From contig JBHGNT010000014.1 of NCBI GenBank assembly GCA_043228905.1, positions 20,398,001-20,462,000 of the forward strand: DNA of 64,000 nt, read 5' to 3'. The notes under the pieces were generated by a model. That model worked only from the letters and a program-made list of their open reading frames with translations. It was not told the origin of the DNA and ran no database searches. The DNA is from Azolla caroliniana. Lineage: Eukaryota > Plantae > Polypodiophyta. Shown in pieces: positions 48,459 through 60,390 of the stretch (position 1 is its first letter; every line of letters begins with the position of its first letter). The position numbers were made by a program, and so were the translations under genes.

Positions 48459-50522
48459 TCAACTTGCTTGCATGGTCGACAACATTTCCAGGTCACTATC
48501 CTTTCCAGCTTGAGCATAGATGTGTGAAAGCATTAAACTTGGCGACCTATTAGTTGGGTCGAGTGTGAGTGCATGAGTTGCTGCTCTTTCCCCACGCTCC
48601 ACATCAGATTGGTTCCTACATGCTCCAAGCAAACTCACCCATTGTGCATAGGTAGGCTCAAATCCCAAGCTCTTTAGCATATTTTCAGCCTCATCTAGTC
48701 GCCCTGCCCTTGCAAGAAGATCGATCAAGCAATTATAATGTTGCGGAGTTAGTTCAATACCATTCTCTCTAGTCATAGAGGCTAAGCAACGGCGCCCTTC
48801 CTCTAACAAACCCGAATGACTACAAGCCAAGAAAATGCTTATGTACGTAACACAATCGGGCCTCACACATGTTCTCATTTGATCATATAACCAGAGTACT
48901 TTCTTCCCATTTCCATGTTGTGCATATGCCGCAATTATAGCATTCCATGAGACAACATCCCTATCTTGCATCTTCTCAAACACATCATGTGCACTCTCTA
49001 GGCTACCACATTTTCCATACATAGTAATCAAAGCATTAGCAATCTCAGGATCAAGCTCCAGCCCAATGTTGCATAAAATTGTATGCATATGTTGACCCTC
49101 GTTGATAGCTGCTTGGCTTGCATATGCAGGCAAAATGCTTAGAAAAGAGACCCTATCTGGAATCACTCGTTCTTTTTGCATTAATTCGAATAGTTGAAGA
49201 GCCATTTTATATCGACCATTTTGTGCATATACTGCGATCATTGCCGTCCAAGCAAGAACATCTCTTTTATGCAACTGGACGAATACCTTTTCGGCTTCTT
49301 GAACATCACTACACTTACCATACATATTCACTAGAGCACTTCCGACCTCAACGCCTACTTCCAAATTGAGTGAAATAGAGAAAGAATGGATTCTTTTGCC
49401 CAATTTGAGGTTCGTACAAGCATCAAGAATACTGACAATAGTAGCTTGATTAGCCATCAAGCCTTCTTTTTGCATCTGGGTAGTGCAATGCAAAGCATCA
49501 TCATAACACTCGTGTTGAATGAGCACCGCAACCATAGAATTCCATAAGATTACATCTCTCTCTGGCGTTCTATAGAACACGTGAAGAGAATCTACCAGAT
49601 CCCCACACTTACCATACATGTTGGACACTGCAGTTGAGATTACAATATCGAGCTCTAAACCAGAAGAGACAACATAGTGATGGATCAACTTCCCATTGCT
49701 AAGTGATGTGATGCTAGCACAAGCGTCGAGAATACTCACAAATGTAGATCTATTTGGATTCTGTGTTTCTTCTTCCCACTGCATTCTATAAAACACTTGC
49801 AACGCCTCATGTTCATATCCATGTTGGCCATAGGATGAAATCAATGCATTCCAACATATTAAATCTCTCTCAACCATACTTTCAAACACACCACTAGATT
49901 CAGAAATGTTTCCACATTTAGCATACATTGTGACGAGACAGGTTGCTATTCTAAAACAAGTCCCAAACCCATTGTGAAGGATCAATGCATGGAGTTGCTT
50001 GCCCTTAGCAATATCTCTAGGATCAGAACATGTTGAAAGAGCGTAAGCAAAAGTAACTTTCTTTGGCATTATACCTTCACATATCATTTTGTCAAAGAAA
50101 AACCAGGACCTAGCCTTCCCATTTTCATCATCGAATGATGATGATGCATAAGCTTTTATCATTAAGCTCCAAGAATGAGCATTAGGACACCTCATTTCTT
50201 CAAAGAAAGACTCTGTCTTGGCTATGGTTTCACAACTGACATACATGTTGAGTAAAAGGCTACCTAAGTACTGATTATCACCATAATTAGCCTCTTGTAT
50301 GAGTCTGTGAAGACGCTTAGCTAAAGCTATGTCTTGGGTTCGTGCAGAAAATCGAAGGAGAGACGCGTAGGTATTTACATCTGCTTGTATTTCCTTTCTT
50401 TCGAGTCTGATTATGGTGTCTTGTAGGTTTTCTGAAGAATCCACGAAGCTAAAGCTAGGCCTTTTCTTCAGAGAAAGAGAAGAATGAAGAGGATGAGGAT
50501 GAGGATGAGGATGAAGACCCAT
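48459..50522 (-). CDS. PLS-class pentatricopeptide repeat protein, E-class (no DYW), ~687 aa, conventional E1/E2
   Basis: Intronless ORF with repeated ALVNMYGKCG/RDVVSWNAII/TFVSILDAC motifs. Ends HYNCLIDLLARAGRLDEAE..WVSLLGACRNQSDVERGERAA..LSHIYAQAG. First ATG at 50522, followed by a Ser-rich targeting-like N-terminus. Confidence 0.93.
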   Translation of the reverse strand: MGLHPHPHPHPLHSSLSLKKRPSFSFVDSSENLQDTIIRLERKEIQADVNTYASLLRFSARTQDIALAKRLHRLIQEANYGDNQYLGSLLLNMYVSCETIAKTESFFEEMRCPNAHSWSLMIKAYASSSFDDENGKARSWFFFDKMICEGIMPKKVTFAYALSTCSDPRDIAKGKQLHALILHNGFGTCFRIATCLVTMYAKCGNISESSGVFESMVERDLICWNALISSYGQHGYEHEALQVFYRMQWEEETQNPNRSTFVSILDACASITSLSNGKLIHHYVVSSGLELDIVISTAVSNMYGKCGDLVDSLHVFYRTPERDVILWNSMVAVLIQHECYDDALHCTTQMQKEGLMANQATIVSILDACTNLKLGKRIHSFSISLNLEVGVEVGSALVNMYGKCSDVQEAEKVFVQLHKRDVLAWTAMIAVYAQNGRYKMALQLFELMQKERVIPDRVSFLSILPAYASQAAINEGQHMHTILCNIGLELDPEIANALITMYGKCGSLESAHDVFEKMQDRDVVSWNAIIAAYAQHGNGKKVLWLYDQMRTCVRPDCVTYISIFLACSHSGLLEEGRRCLASMTRENGIELTPQHYNCLIDLLARAGRLDEAENMLKSLGFEPTYAQWVSLLGACRNQSDVERGERAATHALTLDPTNRSPSLMLSHIYAQAGKDSDLEMLSTMQAS

Positions 50523-51979
50523 GAAAGAGCTTCTCGTAAAGGAGAGAAGCAAAATCAAATCAATACAGAGTTATATGTATACGTAGATACTGTGAGGCCA
50601 TGTCAGTAGAGGCAGGGGAGTGAGTCCACTGTCCATCGCCATGTCTGAGAAAACCAGAATACCATCAGATTTTCTAAATTTACAAAGATGCCCCTAGTGA
50701 ATATACATAATGAGTCAATGGTATTTGCCTATCAATGTATAATGTATTGTCCAATGTCTTATGTTTCACTCACTCTATGTGGTCATTCCACACACGTTGA
50801 TTCGATCCGTGTATATATAGATCATGACTTCTTCTTGCCTGCTCCTACTCTTAAAACTTATCATAAACCTTAAATCTAGAGTCCGCCTCATTCCGATAAG
50901 TTACATACGTTTTAGAAAGCGGAACTTGTGATTCACTGCATCTTTTCTTTCATTGTCTCCTCGTCTATCTCTAAGTCTGTGTTTTTGTCTATTTATAAAA
51001 GGAATTGGGGTAGCTACCTTTTATAGCATATATTCATTTCTCTTTGTGTATTTGTAATACAATAAATAATGCTTGGTTTACGCTTAATATGTGGGTTCTC
51101 ATAACAAATCATTTTAGAGGTCAAGTTTGCCCCTCCTTGGAAATTTCAGATGTTGATTTATTTCTTACATGTTAGTTCGCAATCATCGACCCTAATTTAT
51201 TTACTACTTTGCATGATTTCAAACAAATCAATCCACCTAGTCAAATGAACAAATCAATCAATCGATTCATTACTACGGAGGGCCATCAAACGAAAAAATC
51301 AACCTATCAAGCGCTAACCAAAGGCAACAACTAGTAGACCTACATATTTAATTGGTCTTTTTTACTCGAAAACTAATTACTATTGTGGTGTGCATGTGTT
51401 CCTTTGTGACACCCTTTTAGCTCACCCTTTTTAGGATGCACGTACCCAAGTTGACCCACCCTTTTAGCACACCCTTTTTAGCCAAGCCAACCCAAATGGG
51501 TTCTGTTGTATCAACTATAAATTGATTAAGAAGTAAGAAGCTAAGTAGACTGGTTTTGATCTCTTATGTGCATTTCATACTATTATTAGGCAAAAAGTAA
51601 GACCTAATTAAAATGGGAGGGGGTCATTAGAAAACAAACACAAGGGACAAGGGGATATTGTAGTGGTGTTTGAAGAAGCCAAGTGGGGCATCCTCATCAC
51701 AATATGCAAAAGCTGAAGTGCCATATAAGAGTGCAAGAAAGAGAGGCATCCTCGTAAAAACAATTTTGCAAAACCAAAGGAACCAGAGAGTCTACTTGTA
51801 ACAAACATGCAAATTCTAGGAATCATATAAGAACCCAAGAGGGGTATCATCATAAAACCCAGAAATGGGCAAGAACCATACGCAGCTCCTAGAGAAGGGT
51901 ATACTTGTAAAGATATGCAAAAAGTTAAGGACCACGATGTGTGTGTGTGTGTGCATGCTTGTGTCTCATAAGGATATGC

Positions 51980-52368
51980 AAAAGTTACGAACCATGCGAG
52001 AGATTGTTGGAGGAACGGTATATCCCAATTCCCCTTGTAAAAATATGCAAGGATTGATTGCACTTGGGTTCTCTCGATTGTATGGTTTTCATGCCAGAGT
52101 GTAAACAAAAGTTAGGAACCATACGAGAGATCGTTGGGGGAATTGTATATCCCGATTCCCCTTGTAAAAATATGCAAGGATTGAGATTGATTGAACTTGG
52201 GTTCTCTCAATTGTATGGTTTTCATGCCAGATTGTAAACCAAAACTTGGGAACCATACGAGAGATCCTTGGAGGAAGGGTATATCCCAATTCCCGTTGTA
52301 AAAAATATGCAAGGATTGATTGAACTTGGGTTCTCTCAATTGTATGGTTTTCATGGCAGAGTGTAAAC
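51980..52368. repeat. Tandem array of three ~127-134-bp units, with degenerate partial units from ~51870
   Basis: AAAAGTTA.GAACCAT.CGAGAGAT...TATATCCC.ATTCCC.TTGTAAAAATATGCAAGGATTGA...GTAAAC starts at 51980, 52107 and 52241. Confidence 0.92.
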
Positions 52369-52544
52369 AAACACCCAAGGCAAAGGCAACCAGCAATGAA
52401 ACACCAGGAAGCACATAGATATGAAGCATCAATGACACTTTGAGATGTGATGTGGGAAGAATGAAGAAATTGTGAGCAAGGAATGAAGCATGGAATTATG
52501 TTTTCTGTTCATGTCATACTAAGCAAGCAGTGAAGCATGGAGCT

Positions 52545-54587
52545 ATGGTGAGAAATGATCTGGGAAGAGTCATGATATGTTGTAGTGAAGGAAGTTATCC
52601 TGAATTGGGTGTTCTACATCGCCAAGATCTCTTGGATCTGATCAAATCTTGTGGTAAAAAGAAGGATCTGTCTGAAGCAAGAAGAATCCATGCTAACATA
52701 CTACTCCACAGAAGGAACTTCTTGAAGGATATCTGTGTGAGAAATGCTATTCTCAGCATGTATACAAGATGTGGCTCTCTAAGAGAAGCTCGAGAAGCGT
52801 TTGATGACAATGAATCCCCAATGCGAAGAAATATAGTGTCATGGAATACTCTTATTTCCGGATATGCCGAAAATGGACTCATTCAAGAAGCTATGGAATG
52901 CTATGTTAAGATAAGGGATGAGAAATTGCGTCCAAACAAGATCACTTTCGTGTGCCTTTTGAAGGCTTGCGCAAGGACACAATGCCTTGAGTTTGGTGAA
53001 TACATACATTCGGAGATCAAGAAGGAAGGCTTTTTAGTTAAGAAGTGCATCATGATTGGAACGGCCTTGATAGATATGTATGCCAAATGTGGTGCACTTG
53101 GCAAAGCACGAGGATTGTTTAACGAGCTCCCGACAAGGAACACCATATCTTGGAGTGTTATGATCACTGGTTATGTTCAATGTGAACTATATGAAGAAGC
53201 CATAAGCTCCTTTCATCATATGAAAGATGAGGGTGTTTCTCCTAATGCCGCGATTTTTACTTGTGTTTTGAAAGCATGTGGACATTTAGGATGTGTGAAG
53301 ATGGGAGAAGAGATACATGATGAAGTTAAGAACCAAGGGTTGCTAGACAAAGATATAATTCTCACCACGTCTTTAGTGGACATGTATGCCAAATGTGGCT
53401 CAATGGTTAGGGCACGAGATGTATTCGATTCACTTCCCGCGCGAGACAATATATCTTGGAATGCACTTATATGTGGTTATTCCCAACATGACCTACATGA
53501 TGAAGCATTGAAGTGCTTTAGACTGATGTGTGAAAATGGAATCTTACCAGATTCAGTCACTTACATCTGCGTGTTGAAAGCCTGCAGTGGCATACAAAAT
53601 CTGGATATGGGTAAAAAAACGCATGTTCTTGTAAGCAAAGGTGGGTTATTGGAGAAAGATATGATACTTTGCACGGCATTGATGGAAACCTATGTAAAGT
53701 GTAACATGTTACAAAAAGCACGTGAAGTGTTCAATTTGCTTTTACCAGCTCGGGATATTGTATCATGGAACATACTGATTGTGGGATATGTCCAACAAGG
53801 CTTAGAAGATGAAGCTTTGAAGTGTTTTTCTCAAATGCTAAATGAGAAAATTTCTCCAGATGCTCTCACTTTTACTTGCATCCTGAAGGCTTGTGGGAGC
53901 ATCGGGTATCTCGATATGGGGAAAGAGATACATGACAAGTCAACAAAGCAAAACTTAGTTGCAAATGATGTTGTTCTCGGTGCGACATTGGTAGAAATGT
54001 ATGCAAAGTGTGGTATCATTCGAAAAGCACAGCAAGTATTTGACGAACTTCCGGTACAGAATCTCGAATCATGGGTTACCCTCATGGCTGGCTATGCCCA
54101 TCTAGGTCAACCCAAAAAGGTTTTATCCCTATTCGAAGAAATGATCAAACAAAGAATAATACCAAATGTAGCAACTTTTCTTGCTCTTTTGAATGCATGC
54201 AACCATGGAGGTTTAGTGAAAGAGGGGCAAATCCTCTTTGAGGGAATAAGCACTATATATTGTCTTATACCAGGTGTAGAACACTATGCGTCTATGGTTG
54301 GTCTTTTCAGCCGTGCGGGTTACTTTGATAATGCCATGGTTGTGATTGAAAAGATGCCATCTTGTGATTGTCTTGCAGTGTGGATAGCTTTCCTTGGTGC
54401 CTGTTGCAAATGGGTCAATGTTGAACATGGGAGGTGGGCCTTTGAGAGATTGCTAGAATTGGATGGAATGTGTGGTGCTGCTTATGTATACATGAGAAAC
54501 ATATATGCAGCCGCTGGAATGCATGCTGAAGCTGAAAGTATAGAAATTCAGAGAGAGAAAATGGAGCCTAGCATGATTGTTGAATAG
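52545..54587 (+). CDS. PLS-class pentatricopeptide repeat protein, E-class (no DYW), ~680 aa, KP-like E1/E2
   Basis: Intronless ORF with regular P-L-S triplets (TALIDMYAKCG / RDIVSWNILI / TFTCILKACG). Ends HYASMVGLFSRAGYFDNAM..VWIAFLGACCKWVNVEHGRWAFE..AAYVYMRNIYAAAGM. First in-frame ATG at 52545; an upstream exon cannot be excluded. Confidence 0.93.
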   Translation: MVRNDLGRVMICCSEGSYPELGVLHRQDLLDLIKSCGKKKDLSEARRIHANILLHRRNFLKDICVRNAILSMYTRCGSLREAREAFDDNESPMRRNIVSWNTLISGYAENGLIQEAMECYVKIRDEKLRPNKITFVCLLKACARTQCLEFGEYIHSEIKKEGFLVKKCIMIGTALIDMYAKCGALGKARGLFNELPTRNTISWSVMITGYVQCELYEEAISSFHHMKDEGVSPNAAIFTCVLKACGHLGCVKMGEEIHDEVKNQGLLDKDIILTTSLVDMYAKCGSMVRARDVFDSLPARDNISWNALICGYSQHDLHDEALKCFRLMCENGILPDSVTYICVLKACSGIQNLDMGKKTHVLVSKGGLLEKDMILCTALMETYVKCNMLQKAREVFNLLLPARDIVSWNILIVGYVQQGLEDEALKCFSQMLNEKISPDALTFTCILKACGSIGYLDMGKEIHDKSTKQNLVANDVVLGATLVEMYAKCGIIRKAQQVFDELPVQNLESWVTLMAGYAHLGQPKKVLSLFEEMIKQRIIPNVATFLALLNACNHGGLVKEGQILFEGISTIYCLIPGVEHYASMVGLFSRAGYFDNAMVVIEKMPSCDCLAVWIAFLGACCKWVNVEHGRWAFERLLELDGMCGAAYVYMRNIYAAAGMHAEAESIEIQREKMEPSMIVE

Positions 54588-57089
54588 ATCTTATACGGAA
54601 AATCAACACCAAAACATCCTATCATTTTGAAAATTTTAAACCAAAATACCCCTGAAGTTTTCAAGTTTTAGCATTATATCCCTCTATCAACAGATTGTGT
54701 ACTATAAATAGAGGAAAAGTTGAAAACTTTGGGATATGTTGGGGTTGTTTTACACCAAATAAAAATGAACCAATTGGAAATGGTGGGAACAAACCCCTAA
54801 AAGTAAATCCATCTTCTAGTGGGTAAGACCATTGACAATACAAGGCAAGGATCACAAGCTCAATCCGCATCCCTAACTCTTTGTTTGTTACCGCATGAGA
54901 ACAAAAGCATATGATGGTGAAAAGGCAAGACTTGGCAACTAGACACAATGAAACAAAGAGGAGTTACAAGGCTAGCCATGCAAAGCTGACTTGATCTAGG
55001 TTACACACAACTATTGAACAACCCTAGTGGTTTGCCCTATAACCAAAAAAAGAAGCCAAAAGTGTTAAGACCCTTAAATATCCTCACTAAGGAGATATTA
55101 GTCTTGTATCGAGTTTAGTATTGGTGATTTCATCAACCCCTTGCATTCCTACCTCAATCAATCCATGATGATTCATCAATATTTCGGTTAATAAGAAATG
55201 GGGCTAAAGGGTAAAACATGTGATTGTGTGTATTGCAACATGGTTTACATGGTTTTGCGTTAAATAATAAGAGAAAATTTAATAACCATGCTTACAATAA
55301 CATTGTTCAAAAATTATGAGTAAAATATATGTCAACGCATGTGTTGATACAACTAAATAGACGTAAGACCTATGATTGTAGGTAAGGGAAGTTGAGGCTT
55401 TCACAGATTATGTACATGTATGGTTCCTCTAATCTATCTCTTATTCCTTGGTATCTCATAATGATTCTACTATTGTTTCTATAATTGAATATGGCCTATA
55501 ATGCTTGATTAAGGATAAAGTGTTTTCATACATTTCTTTATGTCTGCTTATTCTAACTTATTCTCTAATTGCCCTTTGTTATGGGAAAGTAAGAACTAAA
55601 ATGTTGAAGTGTAAGTAAAATCTTTTGATATAATTGACACTATATTTCATGTTTTTTTGAATAATAAGGTATAATTTAATTCACTCTCTCACGTAGAGTC
55701 TTGATAGGTGAAAAAAATGATAAAACAGACCAAAATCATAATACAACGTATTGCAATTTTGAAGCTTCTTATTTTTGAAAGTAACTAGTTATATCAGTTT
55801 TTGAAAACCAATCAAGAAACGTAATGATAATGCGAGAGATAGTTATAAGTGAGCTTTCTAAATAAATAAATAAATGAGGATTTGGTGATATATTTATTAC
55901 ATTCAGTAGTTCTAGCATGTCACCAATGTCTTATCTAGGGTGCCATACCTCACTCAAATTTTGTACAGGACTTGGTAAATATCCTCATAAAAGATTCATA
56001 AAAGAACACCATTACAATGCTTCTTGATTATAACTTACACGCACTGATAAAAAAGCGCTCGACATTTAATATGCTAATATTAGTTTGAAGAAGAAATAAC
56101 TAAACGTTTCAACTTCATTCAAACACCCATGTCTTCAATAGTGTGCATGCATGTATGCATACCATGTTATTTCCATAAACTTTTGTAGGTAACATTACAA
56201 GGAAAAGAAAATCTTGATCCCATGGTATCTATAGATCAAATTAGAACTAAATTAGTAGCCAATAATGATATATCTTACATTTGTTTTTTCTTGCTGTAAT
56301 GAACACCTCAAGAATATGTACGAAAGTACCAATGTCCATCATGATGTATAATTAACTGGTAGTTTTAAGATTTAAAAAAGAAAAAGACAAAACAAATACT
56401 TGACATACATAGGATACAGATTATGGACATCGTGGATACATGGTATGATTTTTATTTATTAACTCCAATATAACGTGACTTACGATGACCAAACTGATGG
56501 CAAGACATCAATATATTTAAAAAGGCTTCCCAATCCCAATCAGGGAAAAACATGTGACACTATAATACCCTTCCCCCTTCAATCAACTGATTTGCTGAAG
56601 CCGGCTTAGTTTTCTGGGAAGTGTCTGAAACAGAAAGGGGTACATATAAATCAGTTGGTATATATCCACCAAAAAATGGTAAACCGTCCATGTGAAAAAG
56701 AAGCCCAAAATGCCACTAATTTTATGGGTATTTACCAGAAATATCCCTGAGTTTTCCAATACCAGAAATACTCATCTGCATAGTAAAACTGCAAATGACC
56801 ATGTAAAGACCAAATCATATTATAAATGGCAGATCTCTATTTATGGTGGAGAAAAAGCTTGTTTTAGTTAAAATTTAGACATACATACAATATATGAATT
56901 CGATTAAAAATATAGACTATATCATAATACTAGATATTATATGAACACTAATATATAGATTTGATTAAAAATATAGATTATCATTATACTAGATAATTAT
57001 GAATGATAAAATCTTCTTTTCAGAGGGAAATGAATGCTTTTATCATTGTATGTATGCATAATGTGAACATACATACACACATGCATACA

Positions 57090-57159
<70 letters not shown>

Positions 57160-57260
57160 CCTCCACAATAGTATGCATAGCGTGTACATACATACATAAA
57201 TACAGACATAAATTTATATATGATCATTTATGCTCACCTCCACAATATGTTCCAATTGTC

Positions 57261-57798
57261 TTAATCACTTTGATCATCCATTTCATCCTTAATATCAACC
57301 CAGTTTGTAAAGGCAAACAAGAACTCTTTGAATGTTATCAGCCCATTCTTATCCCAATCCATCTCTTCTGCAAAAACATCGGCAACAGAATATATAACAT
57401 TTATTTTTTATTTCCCAAAAATTCATTTTTGTCAAAAACATTCGAACAAAAAAACAAAAAGAAAATGTCAGCAAAACTTGGAACATGAGGGATGGCTTTT
57501 TTCCCCACCAAATCGTCGGAGGCCAATTGTGTTTGCATTTCGTGAACCTGGTGACGCTTGACCAATAGCATCTACAATCTCCTCTTTGTTCACATAACCA
57601 TCTCCATCTTTATCAAAGAATAAGAAAGCATCCACTATTCTATCGAAGGTCGCTTCTAATTGTGCCAACCCCAACCGACATTTCTGAAGTTAAAAATTAG
57701 CAGCAGTTTGAACAAATATTCTAGTACAAAAAGACATGCATGCATCTATCTATCTATCTATCTATCTATATATATCTATCTATCTGTATACATACATA

Positions 57799-57829
<31 letters not shown>

Positions 57830-58738
57830 ATATAGATATATATATATAGATATATATAGATATATATAGATATATATATATATATATATATATATCTATA
57901 TATATTCACAAATTTATATTATATCCAACATTGTCAGCATATTTCCATTTCTTGAGAAATTGATTTCCAGAAACATACACTGCTATTGTCATGAGAAGAC
58001 TCCAGAAGGTAGACAAGTGCCAACAGCACAATGAACTCCTTGAAATCGATGCCACTACTTGCATCCATATCACTCTCAGCATATAAATCTTCAATTTCTT
58101 CATCCGTAAACAAAATCTGGAGTTCTTTGAAACAATTCTTAACTTCATCTAGCTCAAGAGTACCATTCTCATTTGTATCTGTAGAAAATCAATGAGCTAT
58201 ATATAAATCTCAGTATCCCACAGGATAATATGGTCAAGGTTAACGTTATCAATCTATAAAAATTCCACATAACTTTTATCTAGTATATTTTGGTGTTTTA
58301 TTATAAGCATTACTTTTCTTGGAAATATATGAGCTAGTTTTGCTGGTTAACGTCATCGGATGAGATTTCTTGCCTTAGAATCAAGACCTTAAATTTTACA
58401 TATGTATATTTTTCCTTTTCTTTTTATGCTTATTTTTCCTCCCTTTTTTATTACATATTTAGCTACAAGCAATTAGTTTCTTCTTCTTTTTTGTGATACT
58501 ACAACAATTATTCCATGCAATAAAAAGGAAATAGAAATAGATCATTACCAAACTTCCTAAAAGTGTCCCTCACATCTTCAAAGGTCTTATCTATTGTCGC
58601 AAACTTCATAATGATGCTGTTGAAAGATTTTAATGAGCTCTTTCTCGTAGCTCCTCTTTGTTTCATAGCATTTACCATTTTCTTCTCAAGCTTGGATAAT
58701 CCAACATTCTTACGATGTTTCCCGAGCATTGACCCCAT
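57261..58738 (-). CDS. CML21: Calmodulin-like EF-hand calcium-binding protein (CML21/CML22 group), 223 aa, 4 coding exons
   Basis: Exons 58738-58549, 58178-57979, 57683-57509 and 57367-57261; GT-AG and in phase (672 nt). [11 protein letters not shown]; EF loops [48 protein letters not shown]; N-terminal MG. Confidence 0.92.
57745..57905. repeat. Compound (TCTA)/(TA)/(TAGATA) microsatellite in CML21 intron 2
   Basis: Directly visible. Confidence 0.9.
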
Positions 58739-59663
58739 TTTGTATAATCCGAAAAGGAAAATATCATAAAACTATAAGGAAAAACTGTATTAGAAATAAC
58801 ATTTAACTGGAGATTAAAACAAAAAACAGAAAATGAAGATATAATACAGTACATAAAAGGCGTTTCATCACCATCATCTTTGGATAGGATAAACATCATA
58901 AGCAAGAGACCATATTTTCTTGAGGAAAATCACTTTTTCTAAGCTTTATACTTTGTTCATGAGAGTTTATTTATACCCCTGATTAGGTAGCTTCTTTGCC
59001 TTCCCCCCCCCCCCCCTCCCTCTCTCTCTCTCTCTCTCTCCACAACAATTTGCTCAATTTGGGTAATTTATTTCGCTTAGAAACCCCTAAAGAAATTATC
59101 AAGAGTTGAAAATGGAAGGGGCAACTCGTCACGGAATTGAGTAAGCTTTTCACAGTTTTCTTAAAAAAATCAGCTATTTCTATGACTAGGGAATTATGTT
59201 AAACACATCCCTCTCGCCCACTGCGACACAAACAATAAAATAATTGCAAGTAATACTGGCCCAAAAAAGGAGAAGCTAAACACATTGCGGAGAATTTGAA
59301 ACGTTGATCTATTACTTATATCCTTATTAGCGTCACATAAAATCCGCGAGTTTGCCCAGCCGTTTACATTTAGAAAGTCAATGAGGTTGCTTAGCCTTGC
59401 ACCCTCGCATACAAATACACACATACATACACCTCCAATTTAGAGATGTTTCTAGAAATAAAAATCATTCCAACGAAATTTACATAAAGGTTTAGGAAAC
59501 AATCCAGAATGAAGATAAAGCCAGATTTCTATATATATATATATATATGAAATAAAAAAGAAGAAATAACTAAAACAATGCATCCGACAGAGAATTACAT
59601 AAGAAATAAAAAAGAAGTTATAATTAATTCTTATTTTTTATTACTTATATATATATTTATATG

Positions 59664-59728
<65 letters not shown>

Positions 59729-59827
59729 ATGAAATAAAAAAGAAGAAATAATTAAAACAATGCATCCGACAGAGAATTAAATAAGCTCCCAAAAGAGACG
59801 GAATTCAGCCCATAAAAAAAATAGTAC

Positions 59828-59945
59828 CTGAGTTTTAGTTGTAAGCTCCAGCAAGGAGAAGGCTCTGACAGATATAACACGGAGAGAGAGAGAGAGAGCA
59901 GAGAGCAGAGAGCAGGGCAGAGAGCAGAGAGCAGAGGAAGCAAAA
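59828..59945 (-). other. Probable non-coding 5' UTR exon of the CML21-like gene
   Basis: CT-rich leader on the minus strand ending CAG|GTACT at 59828/59827. The acceptor is uncertain. Confidence 0.4.
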
Positions 59946-60231
59946 AGGAAGAACCAAAAAATAAAAAGCAGGAAAATAAAATAGAAATAAAAAGCCTTTT
60001 ATCATTTGATACATATTGAGAGAGAGAGAGAGAGAGAGATTATTCCTACCCCTCTCTCACAAGTTACAACAACAATAACAAACTTCTCATCATTTTACAT
60101 ACAAATAAATCTCTTTGTTTGAAGGAAAAAACAAATCCTCTTTTGTTGTCGGAAACTTGGGGGGGATGGGTTCCCCAAAAGAGAGAGAGAGCGAGAGAGA
60201 GAGAGGGTCTTGTTGCCCAATGGAGACCAGG

Positions 60232-60390
60232 AGGTCATGGGTTCAACCCCTACTGTCCACAGTGGCATCGAGTAAATTAAGAGATATGTATGGAGCATAT
60301 AATAGAGATGCGAAAAATTTTGGGTTTCAAACCTAAGATATACATAGTGCTAGTAATTGTAAGCACTTACCAGTAGGGTAAGCTAATTAC
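60232..60390. mobile_element. Second, left-degraded copy of the convergent tRNA-like element
   Basis: GGTCATGGGTTCAACCCCTAC..CCACAGTGGCATC..ATATAATAGAGA..GGGTTTC.AACC.AAGA..GTAAGCTAATTAC is shared with 24447-24598. Confidence 0.65.

Noticed and set aside
51980-52368. Tandem array as CRISPR or as the short ORFs called over it
   Set aside because: Whole ~130-bp units repeat without spacers, and unit lengths do not preserve a reading frame.
57003-57869. Plus-strand ORFs rich in Y/I/H/T
   Set aside because: Translations of (TA)/(TACA) microsatellites antisense to the CML21-like gene.
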